Part shown: piece by piece, positions 18,608 through 29,721 of the stretch | Position numbering within the stretch: the stretch's first letter is position 1 | Layout of the letters: each line of letters starts with the position of its first letter | Virus record (IMG/VR): IMGVR_UViG_3300050343_000216 | Span: 1 to 64,000 of that record | Reading direction: 5' to 3' (one strand) | Source: a virus | Length of the DNA: 64,000 nucleotides | The notes under the pieces: model-generated | Told to the model about the DNA's origin: nothing | The model's input: the letters and a program-made list of their open reading frames with translations, nothing else | The model's database searches: none | Position numbers and translations under genes: made by a program

Positions 18608-19571
18608 TTTTATTTACGGCAGACTGGCACATAAAGCTAGGACAAAAGAATGTCCACGAGAGTGGGCATTAAACCGTACAATGCGTTATTTTTTGAGCAG
18701 ATACATACTCTCTCGAAAAGCAGTGCAATATGCACATTATTGGTGGAGATCTTTTTGACCGTCTGCCGAACATGGAAGAGTTGGAGCTTTACTTTTCGTT
18801 TATTCGGAAGTAAAGATTCCAACTATTATCTATGACGGTAATCATGAAGCTACAAAGAAAGAACAAAACTTTTTTACTCAGTTAAAGCAAGTTTCTAGAG
18901 ATATTAACCCTTTAGTACATATAGTAGATATTTCGTATATAGATAAAGACTTAGGGTTTGGTATATTGCCCTATGCAGATCTTACATAGAAAGGATAGTA
19001 TTGAAAGTTTGAATAAAAGCAAGCCTTTGTTTACTCATGTTCGAGGAGAGATACCTCCCTCATGTAAAGCCAGAGGTAGACTTAGACAGATTTGAGGATT
19101 TTCCAGTAGTATTTGCAGGTGATCTACATGCTCATAGCAATACTCAAAGAAATATTGTATACCCAGGTAGTCCTATGACAACTTCGTTTCATAGAAAAGA
19201 AGTCTCAGACAGGGTACCTTTTAATTAATCCAACTGATTGGAGCTTGGATGTGGGATGCTTTTGAACTTGCCCCAGCTTATACGAAAAACTGTTCAATCT
19301 CCAGAAGATATGATTCCTACAGATTATCATCATACTATCTATGAGATAGAAGGTGATATACAAGAGCTGGCAAATGTAGAAGAACTCAGAATTACTGGAT
19401 AAAAAAGTAATAAAACGAAAGTCAGAAGCAACTCTTAGTAATGGATAAAGAGATGACATTCAAGAAGAGCTAGTAGAGTACTTAACCTATATCTTAGAAT
19501 ACCAGAAGTACAAATACCAGAATATAGTAGGGACTATTTAATGATTACGCTCAAAAATTGAAATGGAGTAA
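18604..19571 (+). CDS. T5 D12-like SbcD/Mre11 nuclease (frameshifted)
   Basis: MILFTADWHIKLG, GGDLFD, GNHE, AGDLHAH, YPGSP. Confidence 0.85.
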
Positions 19572-21018
19572 CTGTTTTAGCTACGGGCCCGATAATGAGC
19601 TGGATTTAAGAGTAATACAGTAACTCAAATAATTGGTACTAACGGTATGGGGAAGTCCTCCATACCGTTAATTATTGAAGAAGTTTTTACAACAAGAACT
19701 CAAAAGGTATTAAAAAAGCAGATATACCAAACCGGTATGTAAATAATGGATATAATATCACCTAGAGTTTACAAAAGACGGAAATAAATATGAGTTATTA
19801 TTGATAGAAAGTCTAATATTAAAGTGCAGATTAGAGAAGAATGGAGAAGATATCTCTAGTCATACAGCGACAAATACTTATAAAACTTGCAAGAATTATT
19901 GGTATTGACTTCAAAACCTTCTCTCAGTTAGTATATCAAAATACAAATGCAAGTTTACAGTTTCTTAACTGCTACAGATACTAACAGTAAAAAGTTTCTG
20001 ATAGATCTTGTTGCACTTAGATGCTTATGTAAATTTATTTGAAGTATTTAAAGAGGCTTCTCAAAAGAGTCTTCTCGTTGAATTGCTGCGTAATACGTTC
20101 GGAAATTGCAACTATTGAAAAGTGGTTGTCAAACGATAACAAATTGAAAGATACTCCATACTTCCTCTGTTGGATTTAGAAATCGATACGGAAGAAGATG
20201 AGAAGTCTTTCCGTTCTTTATCAGTAGAAATTAAAAATATCTCCGAAAAAAATAAAAAAATTATACAAAATAATCAGTAGCAAAGAGACTGGGAGGAGCT
20301 TTACAGAAGCATTAATAGAGATCTGCCAATGGCCAGCTTGGATAAAGGAGAGCTCGAAGAGCGCCTGGCAGGAGTACGAGCTGAGTTGGTTTCGATGCAA
20401 AAGTCTGTGGCGGAAGCAGCAGCGGAAAATGAAAGAAGAACGAAGCAAAACACAAGAATCCAAGTAATACAAGAACAAACAGATAGTTTTATTTCACAGT
20501 TAGAAGAAGCACAAGAGTCTTTAGATAAAGTAGAAAGTGTATATTCTAACTTGGAAGTGTTAAAGAAAGCATTTAGCACAAACGGCTTAATTGCTTACAA
20601 GATCGAAAATCTAGTAAAGGAACTCGAAGAATTAGTAAACACTTATCTTGGAGAACTTTCAGACGGGCGTTTTACCCTTGAATTTGTTGTAAGTAATGAT
20701 AAGCTAAACGTGCAAATAACAGACAATGGAAACATTGTCGATATTCTTGCTCTTTCTTCTGGAGAGTTGGCAAGAGTAAACACCGCTACTCTTATAGCTA
20801 TTCGTAAGCTAATGAGTAGTATTTCTAAGTCACGAATCAATATTCTTTTCTTAGATGAAGTCATAAACGTACTCGATGAGACAGGTAGAGAAAAGCTAGT
20901 AGAAGTTTTACTAGGCGAAGAGAATCTAAATACCTATGTAGTCAGTCACGGTTGGACTCATCCTTTGCTTGAGAAGATTGAAGTAGTAAAGCGAGAAAAT
21001 GTGGTTGAGATAGATTAG
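19541..21018 (+). CDS. T5 D13-like SbcC/Rad50 ATPase (frameshifted, apparent internal deletion)
   Basis: GTNGMGKSS Walker A; LSSGE signature; LFLDE Walker B; VSH. Confidence 0.85.
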
Positions 21019-21445
21019 AGCAAAAGGTGCTAGAGGTGAGTATCTAGTAAGAGATATGTTACGAGAGAGCACCGACTGGTTTCAGTTTGAGAGAGTGCCT
21101 AATCTCAGGAGCTCTTGAATACTTAAAAGGGGACTTATATGTACCTCATGAGAAAGAATAGATTTTGTATAGAAGTAAAAAACTATGAAAGTCTCCTCTT
21201 CAGATAAAATATTTACAGCAAAAAAGACAAATAATCTAATAACTTGGTGGAAAAAACTTATTACAACAAGCAAAGGCGGAATCAAGAGCCCTTATTATTT
21301 TTCAAGTATAATCGATCCCCAGTATTTGTAGTTACAAATCTAGCCTGAAGATACATCTTGTAAATAGTGGATGTTATACAATTTTTAGACTGTTATGTAT
21401 TACTAGCAGAAGACTTGGTTAAAGAATGAAAAGTGGAGTTTTTAA
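21001..21445 (+). CDS. T5 D14-like resolvase/endonuclease (frameshifted)
   Basis: RAKGARGE, KGDLY, IEVKNY fragments (PD-(D/E)xK-like). Confidence 0.7.
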
Positions 21446-22273
21446 ATGGCATTTAATTTAACAGAAAGAAATTATAAATCCAAGTGTCCCAAACCACTCT
21501 TATAGTAGATGCTTTAAACCTAGCGTTTCGATGGAAGCATCAAGGACGTACAGATTTTCGATATGACTATCAACGAACTGTAGAGTCCTTAGCAAAATCT
21601 TATGATTGTAAGAAATTATTATTACAGCAGACTGGGGCTCTTCTTCTTATAGAAAAGGCATAAGCCCTGAATATAAACAGAATAGAAAAGAAAAGTTCGC
21701 AGACCAACAGAAGAAGAAAAATTGCTTTTGAAGAGTTCTTTGAAGAGTATGAAGCCTCCCTAGAAGTACTAGAAGAAGAAGGATACCCCATACTTAGATA
21801 TAAGGAGTAGAGGCAGACGATATTGCAGCACACTTAGTAAAAGAAAAGAAAAGTATGGATTAGAGTATATTTGGCTTATTTCTAGTGACCGAGACTGGGA
21901 TCTTACTTAATACAAGAAAATGTAGGCCGATTTTCTTATGTAACGAGGAAGGAAGTTACGCTTAGATAACTGGTCAGACACACTATGAATGTTACTCCAG
22001 AAGAGTATATATCTTTAAAATGTCTTACAGGAGATAAAGGAGATAATGTTCCAGGTATTCCTGGTATTGGCCCAAAAAGAGCGTAGATTTAATTAAACAG
22101 TATGGAGATGCGTTGATATTTATGATGCTTGCCCATACCTAGCAAGTATAAGTATATTCAAGCGTTGAATGAAAATGCAGAACAGATACTTACAGAACTA
22201 CGAATTGATGGATTTAATAACATATTGTGATGATGCAATAGGAGCTGATAATATTCAGATATAAGGAGATTAA
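21446..22273 (+). CDS. T5 D15-like 5'-3' flap exonuclease (frameshifted)
   Basis: VDALNLAFRW, YKQNR, EADDIAA, SSDRDW, GDKGDNVPGIPGIG. Confidence 0.85.
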
Positions 22274-24034
22274 ATGCAGAAATTAGATTATAAAAGAGAT
22301 CGCTATCTATCAGAGTTTAGTATAAAAACTCTACAAGATAGATATTTGTAGACGGGGAAGGTTCCCCACAGAAGCCTTTGCAAGAGCAGCAAAAGCTTTT
22401 GCAGATGATGATGCACACGCACAAAGATTATATGACTATGCTAGTAAGCTATGGTTTATGTTTTCTACTCCTATTTTCTCGAATGGTGGAACTAACTCGT
22501 GGCCTACCTATTAGTTGTTTTCTTAACTATGTAGATGATAGCAGAGAAGGTATTACAGCCACTACACAGAAAATGCTTTTCTTTCTTCTGTTGGGGGGGG
22601 TCGGTGGATGTTGGCGATATACGTTCGGAGTGTAGGCTCGAAAACGAGCAATGGCTCCGAAAGTACTGGAGTAATTCCTTTCTGAAAGTAGTAGATGCAG
22701 AGATGCTTGCATTCTCTCAGGGTGTAACTCGAAGAGGAAGCTATGCAGCATATCTTGATATGATCTCATCCCGAAATTGAAGAGTTTTTGGATGTTCGTA
22801 AGCCTACTGGTGGAGATATTAATCGAAAAGTCTACTAATCTTCATCATGGCGTTGTTATTTCAGATGATTTTATGGAACTTATTGAAAACGCAACAAAGA
22901 TAGAAGGATTTGATGATAGTTGGGATCTTATTGATCCGCACTCAGGAGAAGTTAACTAAAACTGTATCAGCAAAAACACTTTGGGTAAAACTTATACAAA
23001 ATCGTGTTGAAACTGGCGAACCTTACATTATGTTTAAAGATACTGTACAAGAAGCTCTACCTGAGTGTCAAAAAGACCTAGGCTTACAAGTACATCACTC
23101 TAATCTTATGTAGTGAGATTACTCTTCCTACAGACAAAGACCGAACAGCAGTATGTTGTTTATCTAGTGTAAATTTAGAAGAGTATGATGAGTGGAAAAA
23201 TGATGATACATTTTATTCCTGATCTAGTTCGAATGCTTGACAATGTATTACTCATTTTATTAACAACGCTCCAGATGAGCTTCAGAAAGCTAGTTATAGT
23301 GCAGATGAGAGAAAGAAGTATTGGCTTAGGTGCAATGGGGTTTCATGCCTACTTACAACGACACAACATTCCGTTTGAATCGGCAATGGCGAAAGGACGA
23401 AATATGGCTATGTTCTGGCACATTAAATCGGAGGCAGAAACTGCAACTCGACAGCTTGCTGGAGCGAGGAGAATGCCCTGATGCAGAAGGTATGGTATGC
23501 GTAACGCTCATCTGTTGGCTGTTGCTCCTAATGCTTCTTCTAGTATTATCTGTGGCAACACTAGTCCTAGTATTGAGCCTTACCGTGCTAATGCATACAC
23601 AAAAAACTAAAAGCGGTCCTCTTTACAAAAGAACGAGTATCTTGGAAGATATTCTCCGAGATCTAGGTATGGATACTGATGAAGTATGGAAGAGTATTGT
23701 TACAAACGGCGGATCAGTACAACATCTTAGATTTCCTAGATGATTGGACAAAAGATGTATTTAAAACAGCAGTAGAGATTGACCAGAGATGGGTTATTGA
23801 ATGGCAGCAGATAGACAAGAACATATTTGCCAAAGTCAGTCTTTAAATGTCTTTTTCCCAGCAAATGTATCAAAGCAAGAACTTCACGCTATTCATATGA
23901 TGGCCTGGAAAAAGAAAGTAAAAACTTTATACTATCTACGAAGCGAAGCGTATAAGAGAGCAGAAACAGTATCGGACGAAGCACTACGACAGCGTATTTT
24001 TGATTCTATATGACGAAATGAATGTCTAGCTTGT
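22274..24034 (+). CDS. nrdA: Ribonucleotide reductase class Ia alpha subunit (frameshifted)
   Basis: PISCFL, VETGEPY, VCCLSSVN, RSIGLGAMG, APNASSS, QSQSLN, KTLYYLRS, terminal CLAC. Confidence 0.9.
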
Positions 24035-24039
24035 TAGAA

Positions 24040-24228
24040 ATTTGGTAGAAATTTATGGACAGATGGATGTTTCTGTGAAAAAGCAGTAGACCTATGCAGA
24101 GAGTTATGGACTATACATTATATTGACGCTTTCAAGCAACTTGAATTTTATTACAAAACCGTTCCTCAAATAAGGTGAAGTATGGGTCGGAGGATAAGCG
24201 ACTTCGAAGAAGTTGGAGAGCTTTTAAT
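24040..24228 (+). CDS. Probable glutaredoxin (degraded or frameshifted)
   Basis: Fragments VEIYG, FCEKA, TVPQI, VGG between nrdA and nrdB. Confidence 0.5.
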
Positions 24229-25176
24229 GAATCTTCTCACTGAAAGAGCTATAAACCTTTCAACTACCCTTGGGCTTTTGAGCACTATAAGTCTCAACAG
24301 CATATGCATTGGCTTCCTGATGAAGTCAATCTTGCGGATGATTTGAAAGATTATCGAGAAAAACTGACTGAGGAATAAAAAACTTATTTCAGATTTTTCG
24401 ATTTCTTTACACAGGCTGATGTAGATGTATGTTGTGGGTATGCAAAGCACTATCTTCCTACATTTAAGCAACCAGAAGTACGAATGATGCTTTCTGCTTT
24501 TGCTGCAATGGAAGCAGTGCATCAGGAAGCATATTCGTTACTTACTAGAAACTCTTGGGTTTGGAGATGATGAGTATCAAAAGTTCTTGAACACAAAGCA
24601 ATGATGGATAAGCATGAACACTTATCTAACTTTGGTATGGATACTCCAATGGACATTGCAAAGACAATGGCGATTTACTCTGGATTTACAGAAGGAGTAC
24701 AGTTGTTTAGTAGTTTTGCTATTTTGCTTAACTTCCCTCGACATAACTTAATGAAAGGGTATGGGACAGATTGTTACATGGTCTATTCGTGATGAAACAT
24801 TGCACGTTGAAGGCATGTCTCAACTATTCCGAACTTTTATTCAAGAAAATCCAGAGTTATGGAATGATGATCTAAAGTATGAAATTTATTGTGCTGCAGA
24901 GCGTACAGTAGAGCTAGAAGATGCTTTTATTGACTTGTGTTTTGAAGGTGCAGAAGTACCTGATCTAACAGCAGAAGAAGTAAAAGAGTATATTCGATAT
25001 ATTGCAGATCGCGACTTCTAGGTCTAGGAATGAAGAAAATTTTTCAAGTGAAGAAAATCCTTTACCTTGGCTAGACTATATGTTAAACGCAGTAGAGCAC
25101 ACTAACTTTTTTGAAAACCGTGCCACCGAGTATGCTCGCGCTAGTACTACGGGTAACTGGCAAGACATTTTTAAAT
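24227..25176 (+). CDS. nrdB: Ribonucleotide reductase class Ia beta subunit (frameshifted)
   Basis: FRFFTQADVDV, EAVHQEAY, EGVQLFSSF, RDETLH, NFFENRATEY. Confidence 0.9.
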
Positions 25177-26254
25177 ATGTACCCGCGCCTATTTCCCACC
25201 ATAAACTTGAAACAGATTGACTCAGATGGTTAAAGTAATTTATACCTCCATATCCTCCGTTATGAGTAGTTCCTCCTATATTGTAAGGAAGTCCCATCAG
25301 CAAAAGATAATTACCGGACATGTTGCCCTTGCCGGTTAGAGTTATGCGATAAGACACATAAATAATATTGCCAACTTTTCTATATAACCCTAATTGAGAA
25401 GAATATGTTTGTGACATTGGGGTAGATTGACCATATCCCTGCAAGTACGGCGTCCACGTTCCTTCTTCGTAATCGTCTAAAGCATTAGCGGCGGCTGTAT
25501 CACCGTTAAAGGTGATGCCGCCACCAGACAAAATACGCATTTTTTCTCCGGCATCGACCCTAAACTGAATGGTAGATGCTGTACCAGAGTTGGCTTCGTC
25601 GGACGCAATAATTAGATCGTCGTAGCCTGTGATTCCAATAAAGTTGTTTTGGAGATTGCTTGAGTCTCCATCAAAGCGAACCTTGGCAGTGCCACCTGTC
25701 CCTATCATGCTTAAAAGCTCTGACGGGCTGGCATTGTTAATGCCCACCTTTTCTGCGGAGCTAATCGTAATCGCAGTAGACGTAGCATTATCGTCAATAC
25801 CAGTTGATGTTAGATTGCCAATAGTGATTGCATTTGTAGTAGTTGCGCCCGCACCAGTTACTGCGGCGAGTGTAGGAGTAGCAGTTGTAACCGTAGCAAA
25901 TGAAAGAGTTCCCGAACCATTTGTAGTTAGTGCCTGACCATTGCTGCCATCAGAAACATTAAGTTCTGTAATTCCTACACTGTTTGCTTCCGGAGACGCA
26001 GAGCTGAAAGTTCTAGCAATATACATCACATAGCAAGAATCTGTTGACGCAATGGCTTCGGTAAACGTAATTGTGGCACCCGAAGCCGAATACGCAGTGG
26101 TAGGCTCCTGTCGAACATTATTTACAAAAACTGCAAGATCGTTTGCGCTTCCTACAGAATGCGTCAGCGTGTAAGCCGTTGAGCCGTCACCTGTAATCGT
26201 CTGCTTTGCAACACTTGCAAATTCTTGTACTGGTTCTACTCCTAAGAATGGCAT
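25177..26254 (-). CDS. Modular tail fibre protein; native C-terminus lost at the junction with nrdB
   Basis: VFVNNVRQEP module, GIDDNATSTAITI, KVGI shaft unit, FNGDTAAANALDDYEEGTWTP tip. The last ~33 codons of the track ORF (to 25076) are antisense nrdB. Confidence 0.75.
25461..25513 (-). repeat. TFNGDTAAANALDDYEEG repeat; 46/53 identical to 58141-58193
   Basis: Manual alignment; differences are synonymous. A partial third copy lies near 27786. Confidence 0.85.
25784..25804 (-). repeat. GIDDNA junction repeat, left array; 21 bp identical to 28232-28252
   Basis: AGCATTATCGTCAATACCAGT. Confidence 0.85.
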
Positions 26255-27357
26255 TATTTAGTCTCCAGTGCTGTGAGTCGAGCTTCTAGTTCTTTAACAG
26301 CATTGATTAGTACAGCCGACAATCTTGAGTAATCAACGGTTTTGTAAACAGTTTCTTCATCATTTGTTAATAAGGGCATAGTCATATCGTGTACGATTTC
26401 AGGCATAACTGTTTCAACTTCTTGAGCAATTACACCGTAATCAGTTTGATCTTTTCTCGACCCTTTATTCCATTTATACGTTACTCCGCGTAAGCCTTTT
26501 ACCTTATCAAGTGCACCTGTAACTGTTTGTATATTGTCCTTGAATCTTTCGTCTGAAACAGAGCTTGAGTTGGCAGTTACGCTTCCAGCAACATGAAGAT
26601 TATTCGTAGCAAGCAACATATAGTCAGTGCCCCCTGAATTCCATTTGAAATTGGCCCCTCCATATTGCCTAAACATAGTACCAGCAGCGCCCTGCTGTAC
26701 CATTTCACCGTAGTACGACGAGTTGTAAGCAACGCGGACAGCTCGCTTGTTTTCATCGCTTGAGCTTTCAGCGTGAAGAGCTGTTGTAGGGCTTGTAGTG
26801 CCAATACCTACCTTACCGCTGTCGTTGATACGTATACGTTCTGAGGTGCCGTTTCCTCTTATCTTAAAATGGCTAGCGCCAGTACCGCCCTGGTCAAAGG
26901 TAAGAGTTAAGTTTTGACCATTCTGTCCTCCTGTTGCGATTCTGTGAAATGAAGCTGTGCCGTTATCGTCACGAAGCTCAATATTCGTTGAGCCAGCGCT
27001 TCTTATCGTCAAATTGGTTCCGGGAGTGGTAGTGCCAATGCCTACGTTGCCAGCACCATCAAGAGTTATCCTATTTGCGCTATCTGTAAAATCATATAAA
27101 TGAAATTTATCGGCGCTACTATCAACATACCAAGCATAGGAACCCTGATTATTTGTTGCTTTAAAAGCGGCAAGGCCTGTTGTACTCTCTATCTCTACTC
27201 TTGCGTCTGCTGTTGTATAAACATGGAGTTTTTCTTGAGGGCTAGAAGCACCAACGCCTACTTTTTCACCAGAATCAATAGTAATCGCAGTAGCATCAGC
27301 ACTACTGTTAATAGCAGGTATGCCAATAAAGTTTGCTAAATTTCTTGCCTTTGACAT
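26254..27357 (-). CDS. Tail fibre protein with C-terminal intramolecular chaperone (peptidase S74)
   Basis: Three KVG(V/I)G..(S/T)P shaft repeats; SDERFKDNI, GVIAQEVE, VDYSRL, terminal coiled coil. Confidence 0.85.
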   Translation of the reverse strand: MSKARNLANFIGIPAINSSADATAITIDSGEKVGVGASSPQEKLHVYTTADARVEIESTTGLAAFKATNNQGSYAWYVDSSADKFHLYDFTDSANRITLDGAGNVGIGTTTPGTNLTIRSAGSTNIELRDDNGTASFHRIATGGQNGQNLTLTFDQGGTGASHFKIRGNGTSERIRINDSGKVGIGTTSPTTALHAESSSDENKRAVRVAYNSSYYGEMVQQGAAGTMFRQYGGANFKWNSGGTDYMLLATNNLHVAGSVTANSSSVSDERFKDNIQTVTGALDKVKGLRGVTYKWNKGSRKDQTDYGVIAQEVETVMPEIVHDMTMPLLTNDEETVYKTVDYSRLSAVLINAVKELEARLTALETK

Positions 27358-27394
27358 ATTTTATTCCTTAAGTGCTGTTTCTTGGTTTGGGTAA

Positions 27395-28411
27395 TTAAGC
27401 GGTTTTGTAAGTGGCACTCATATAAAGGTTTGTGCCGCCTGTGCCTAGATTGTTAGGGTAAATAGATTCGGAGTTGTTTCGACGGCCCGTGTTATACAAA
27501 TAGACGGCTGTCATTCCAGTGCCAGTTGAGCCAGCAGTGGCCCAAACACTGCTATAGCCGTAACAATATCCAATAGTAATGCTTTGATAAGCTGAGCCGT
27601 GGCAAGTAAAAGGAAGACTGCCGACAAGCAAATATCCACCCGCTGACCCAATAGACATTGAGCTAGTGTCTAATCGACAGCTAACAGTAACGAGGTCACC
27701 AATTTTTGTGTAATGTCCGACTCGAAAGCCGTAGCTAAGTGATCCAAAACTGCCAGAAGTGGGGATATACGTTGGCGTCCATGTGCCTTCTTCGTAGTCA
27801 TCAAGAAGCTCAGAAGTCATACCAGATGCATTAGAGTTGGCAGAAAAATCTATTCCTTTTCCACTTGCCATTTTTAGACCATCAGAGGTCACACGAGCAA
27901 TTTCTGTAGGCGTAACCTGAGTGCCTACTGAGGCTGTAGCGGCGGCGTCAACGTAAAAGTAAATAGCTCCGTTTCTTAAACCTATAAGCGTTTTCGCAAA
28001 AGATGTCCCTACTGACGAATGATCCCCGTTTGTTCCGCTGCCATATTGATAACCATTAGCCAGCATTAAGCCGGCACTATTATTCTGTCTATACATATTG
28101 GCGTAACTAACTGAGCTACCTTCTGTGAAACCAATATTTTTTCCTGCGGCAACACCAAGTCCAGAAGCAGAAAGGGAAGTATTGCCGACTATCACATTTT
28201 CGCTACTATCAATCGTAATTGCCGTAGCATCAGCATTATCGTCAATACCAGTCGAGGTAAATCCGGTCAAAGTTCCGACAGAAGTAATATTTGGTTGAGC
28301 CGCAGTTGTTAATGTGCCCGCTACTCCCGAATTTGTAACTGTCAGTTTCGTAGAGGTAGCACTATCATCGATACCAATAGAAAAATCATTTTTTACCCGA
28401 GAGCGAGTCAT
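27395..28411 (-). CDS. Modular tail fibre protein
   Basis: AAQPNITSVGTL, GIDDNADATAITIDSSE, LDDYEEGTWTP, YTKIGDLV tip domain. Confidence 0.8.
   Translation of the reverse strand: MTRSRVKNDFSIGIDDSATSTKLTVTNSGVAGTLTTAAQPNITSVGTLTGFTSTGIDDNADATAITIDSSENVIVGNTSLSASGLGVAAGKNIGFTEGSSVSYANMYRQNNSAGLMLANGYQYGSGTNGDHSSVGTSFAKTLIGLRNGAIYFYVDAAATASVGTQVTPTEIARVTSDGLKMASGKGIDFSANSNASGMTSELLDDYEEGTWTPTYIPTSGSFGSLSYGFRVGHYTKIGDLVTVSCRLDTSSMSIGSAGGYLLVGSLPFTCHGSAYQSITIGYCYGYSSVWATAGSTGTGMTAVYLYNTGRRNNSESIYPNNLGTGGTNLYMSATYKTA
28232..28252 (-). repeat. GIDDNA junction repeat, left array
   Basis: Identical to 25784-25804. Confidence 0.85.
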
Positions 28412-28746
28412 TAAGTGATCTCCATTAAACCTGCAACAGCATCAATTGCATTTGCTGTTCCTGCTTTAATCTTTAAAATATCTCCTGTTTCTAAAATATA
28501 TTTCTGCCCTTGCAGCACTTCTAACGTTGTATTTCCAGGTATACTCACACTTTCCAACAACTGAAATGTCGCCGCGCTTGCAGAAGCATCTGTGAATTGA
28601 ACTTGTACGGTAACTGAATTGCCAGTTTTATTTGCTAGTGCAACTCCAAGAAGTACCGAAGTCGTAGAGGACGGCGCAGTATAAAGTGTACCGTATGATG
28701 AGTTACTTGCATTTGCAAGCGCCGCATTTTTAAAAGTATTTGCCAT
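28411..28746 (-). CDS. Small fibre-associated structural protein
   Basis: MANTFKN...LYTAP...KYILETGD; follows a gene ending in AIALG. Confidence 0.65.
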   Translation of the reverse strand: MANTFKNAALANASNSSYGTLYTAPSSTTSVLLGVALANKTGNSVTVQVQFTDASASAATFQLLESVSIPGNTTLEVLQGQKYILETGDILKIKAGTANAIDAVAGLMEIT

Positions 28747-28750
28747 AATT

Positions 28751-29707
28751 TTATCCTAAAGCGATTGCCAGAGCCGTTGCATCGTCTACGGTTGCATATC
28801 CTGGAGCCGAGATATTAATTTTTCGGCCTAAATCGATAATATAGTCTACTACATCTCCGGTTACAAGTGCAGGACTAAATGTAATTGTAGAACCCGAAAT
28901 AGTAAAAGAGTCTCCAGGCTCTTGAGTAATTCCATTCACAGAAACAACTAAAGCATTTTGGTGTGATGGAGTATATGCACTACTGCTCTCTGTTAAAGCG
29001 TATGCTGCTTGTCCATTAACAGTACTAATTGCATCCAGTTTTGTTGGGTTATGAACACTTGCAAGAGAGCTTATTGTAACAATTCTAACTTCGTCTGATG
29101 CTGTAACTCCGGAGCTAAATACGACCGAAGTACCGTTTGTAGCAGTATAATCTACTCCATCATCTTGCAGTACTCCGTTGAGGAATACCATAATAGAGCC
29201 AACTTCATATAGTAAAGTTGCAGAGTTAGAGTCGGAGCCAGTAAAAGTAGTTTGATTTGCAGTTGCAGTATACTCAAACTCCGTCATACCGGCGTCTGTA
29301 TACTGGAAAACACTAGAAGCGGAAGCCCCGCTTATTGTAATTGTTTTTGTAGCGCCAGTACCAGATGCAACAACCCCTGCTCCTACAAAATTTAGGGTAG
29401 TGCCTGCTGTCGATAAAGAGCTGCCTTCATCTTGTATAGTTAGTGAGCCGCCCCCGCTTTGAGCGACCCAATCATAATCTGAACCAGTCCAAGAGAGTAC
29501 TTCATTAGCATTTGCAGTGCTTCTGTTTAAATGAGCATCTACATTTGTATTGCCATAGCTGCTAGAACCTCCTCCAATTGATTTTATAGTACCGCCGTCA
29601 TTAATATATAAAAGTTGACCAGCAGTATCAATGGCGATCTCGCCATTTACAATATCACTTGTAGAAGGTGTAGAAGTACCTCTTTTTGGCTTGATTATAA
29701 GCGACAC
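28751..29707 (-). CDS. Fibre/adaptor protein
   Basis: N-terminal KRGT..P...NGEIAID (Mtd_N-like); two V..NG..Q beta modules; C-terminal ALAIALG. Confidence 0.7.
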   Translation of the reverse strand: MSLIIKPKRGTSTPSTSDIVNGEIAIDTAGQLLYINDGGTIKSIGGGSSSYGNTNVDAHLNRSTANANEVLSWTGSDYDWVAQSGGGSLTIQDEGSSLSTAGTTLNFVGAGVVASGTGATKTITISGASASSVFQYTDAGMTEFEYTATANQTTFTGSDSNSATLLYEVGSIMVFLNGVLQDDGVDYTATNGTSVVFSSGVTASDEVRIVTISSLASVHNPTKLDAISTVNGQAAYALTESSSAYTPSHQNALVVSVNGITQEPGDSFTISGSTITFSPALVTGDVVDYIIDLGRKINISAPGYATVDDATALAIALG

Positions 29708-29721
29708 AAAAAACTCCTAAA

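Noticed and set aside
13435-25176. Stop-codon reassignment, introns or true pseudogenes as the cause of fragmentation
   Set aside because: The breaks are frame changes and missing bases rather than in-frame TAG/TGA. All three stops end intact genes elsewhere, and no inserted sequence was seen.
25076-25220. Genuine antisense overlap between nrdB and a fibre gene
   Set aside because: Both ORFs read through an abrupt junction near 25175, which looks like a deletion or misjoin that removed the natural ends.
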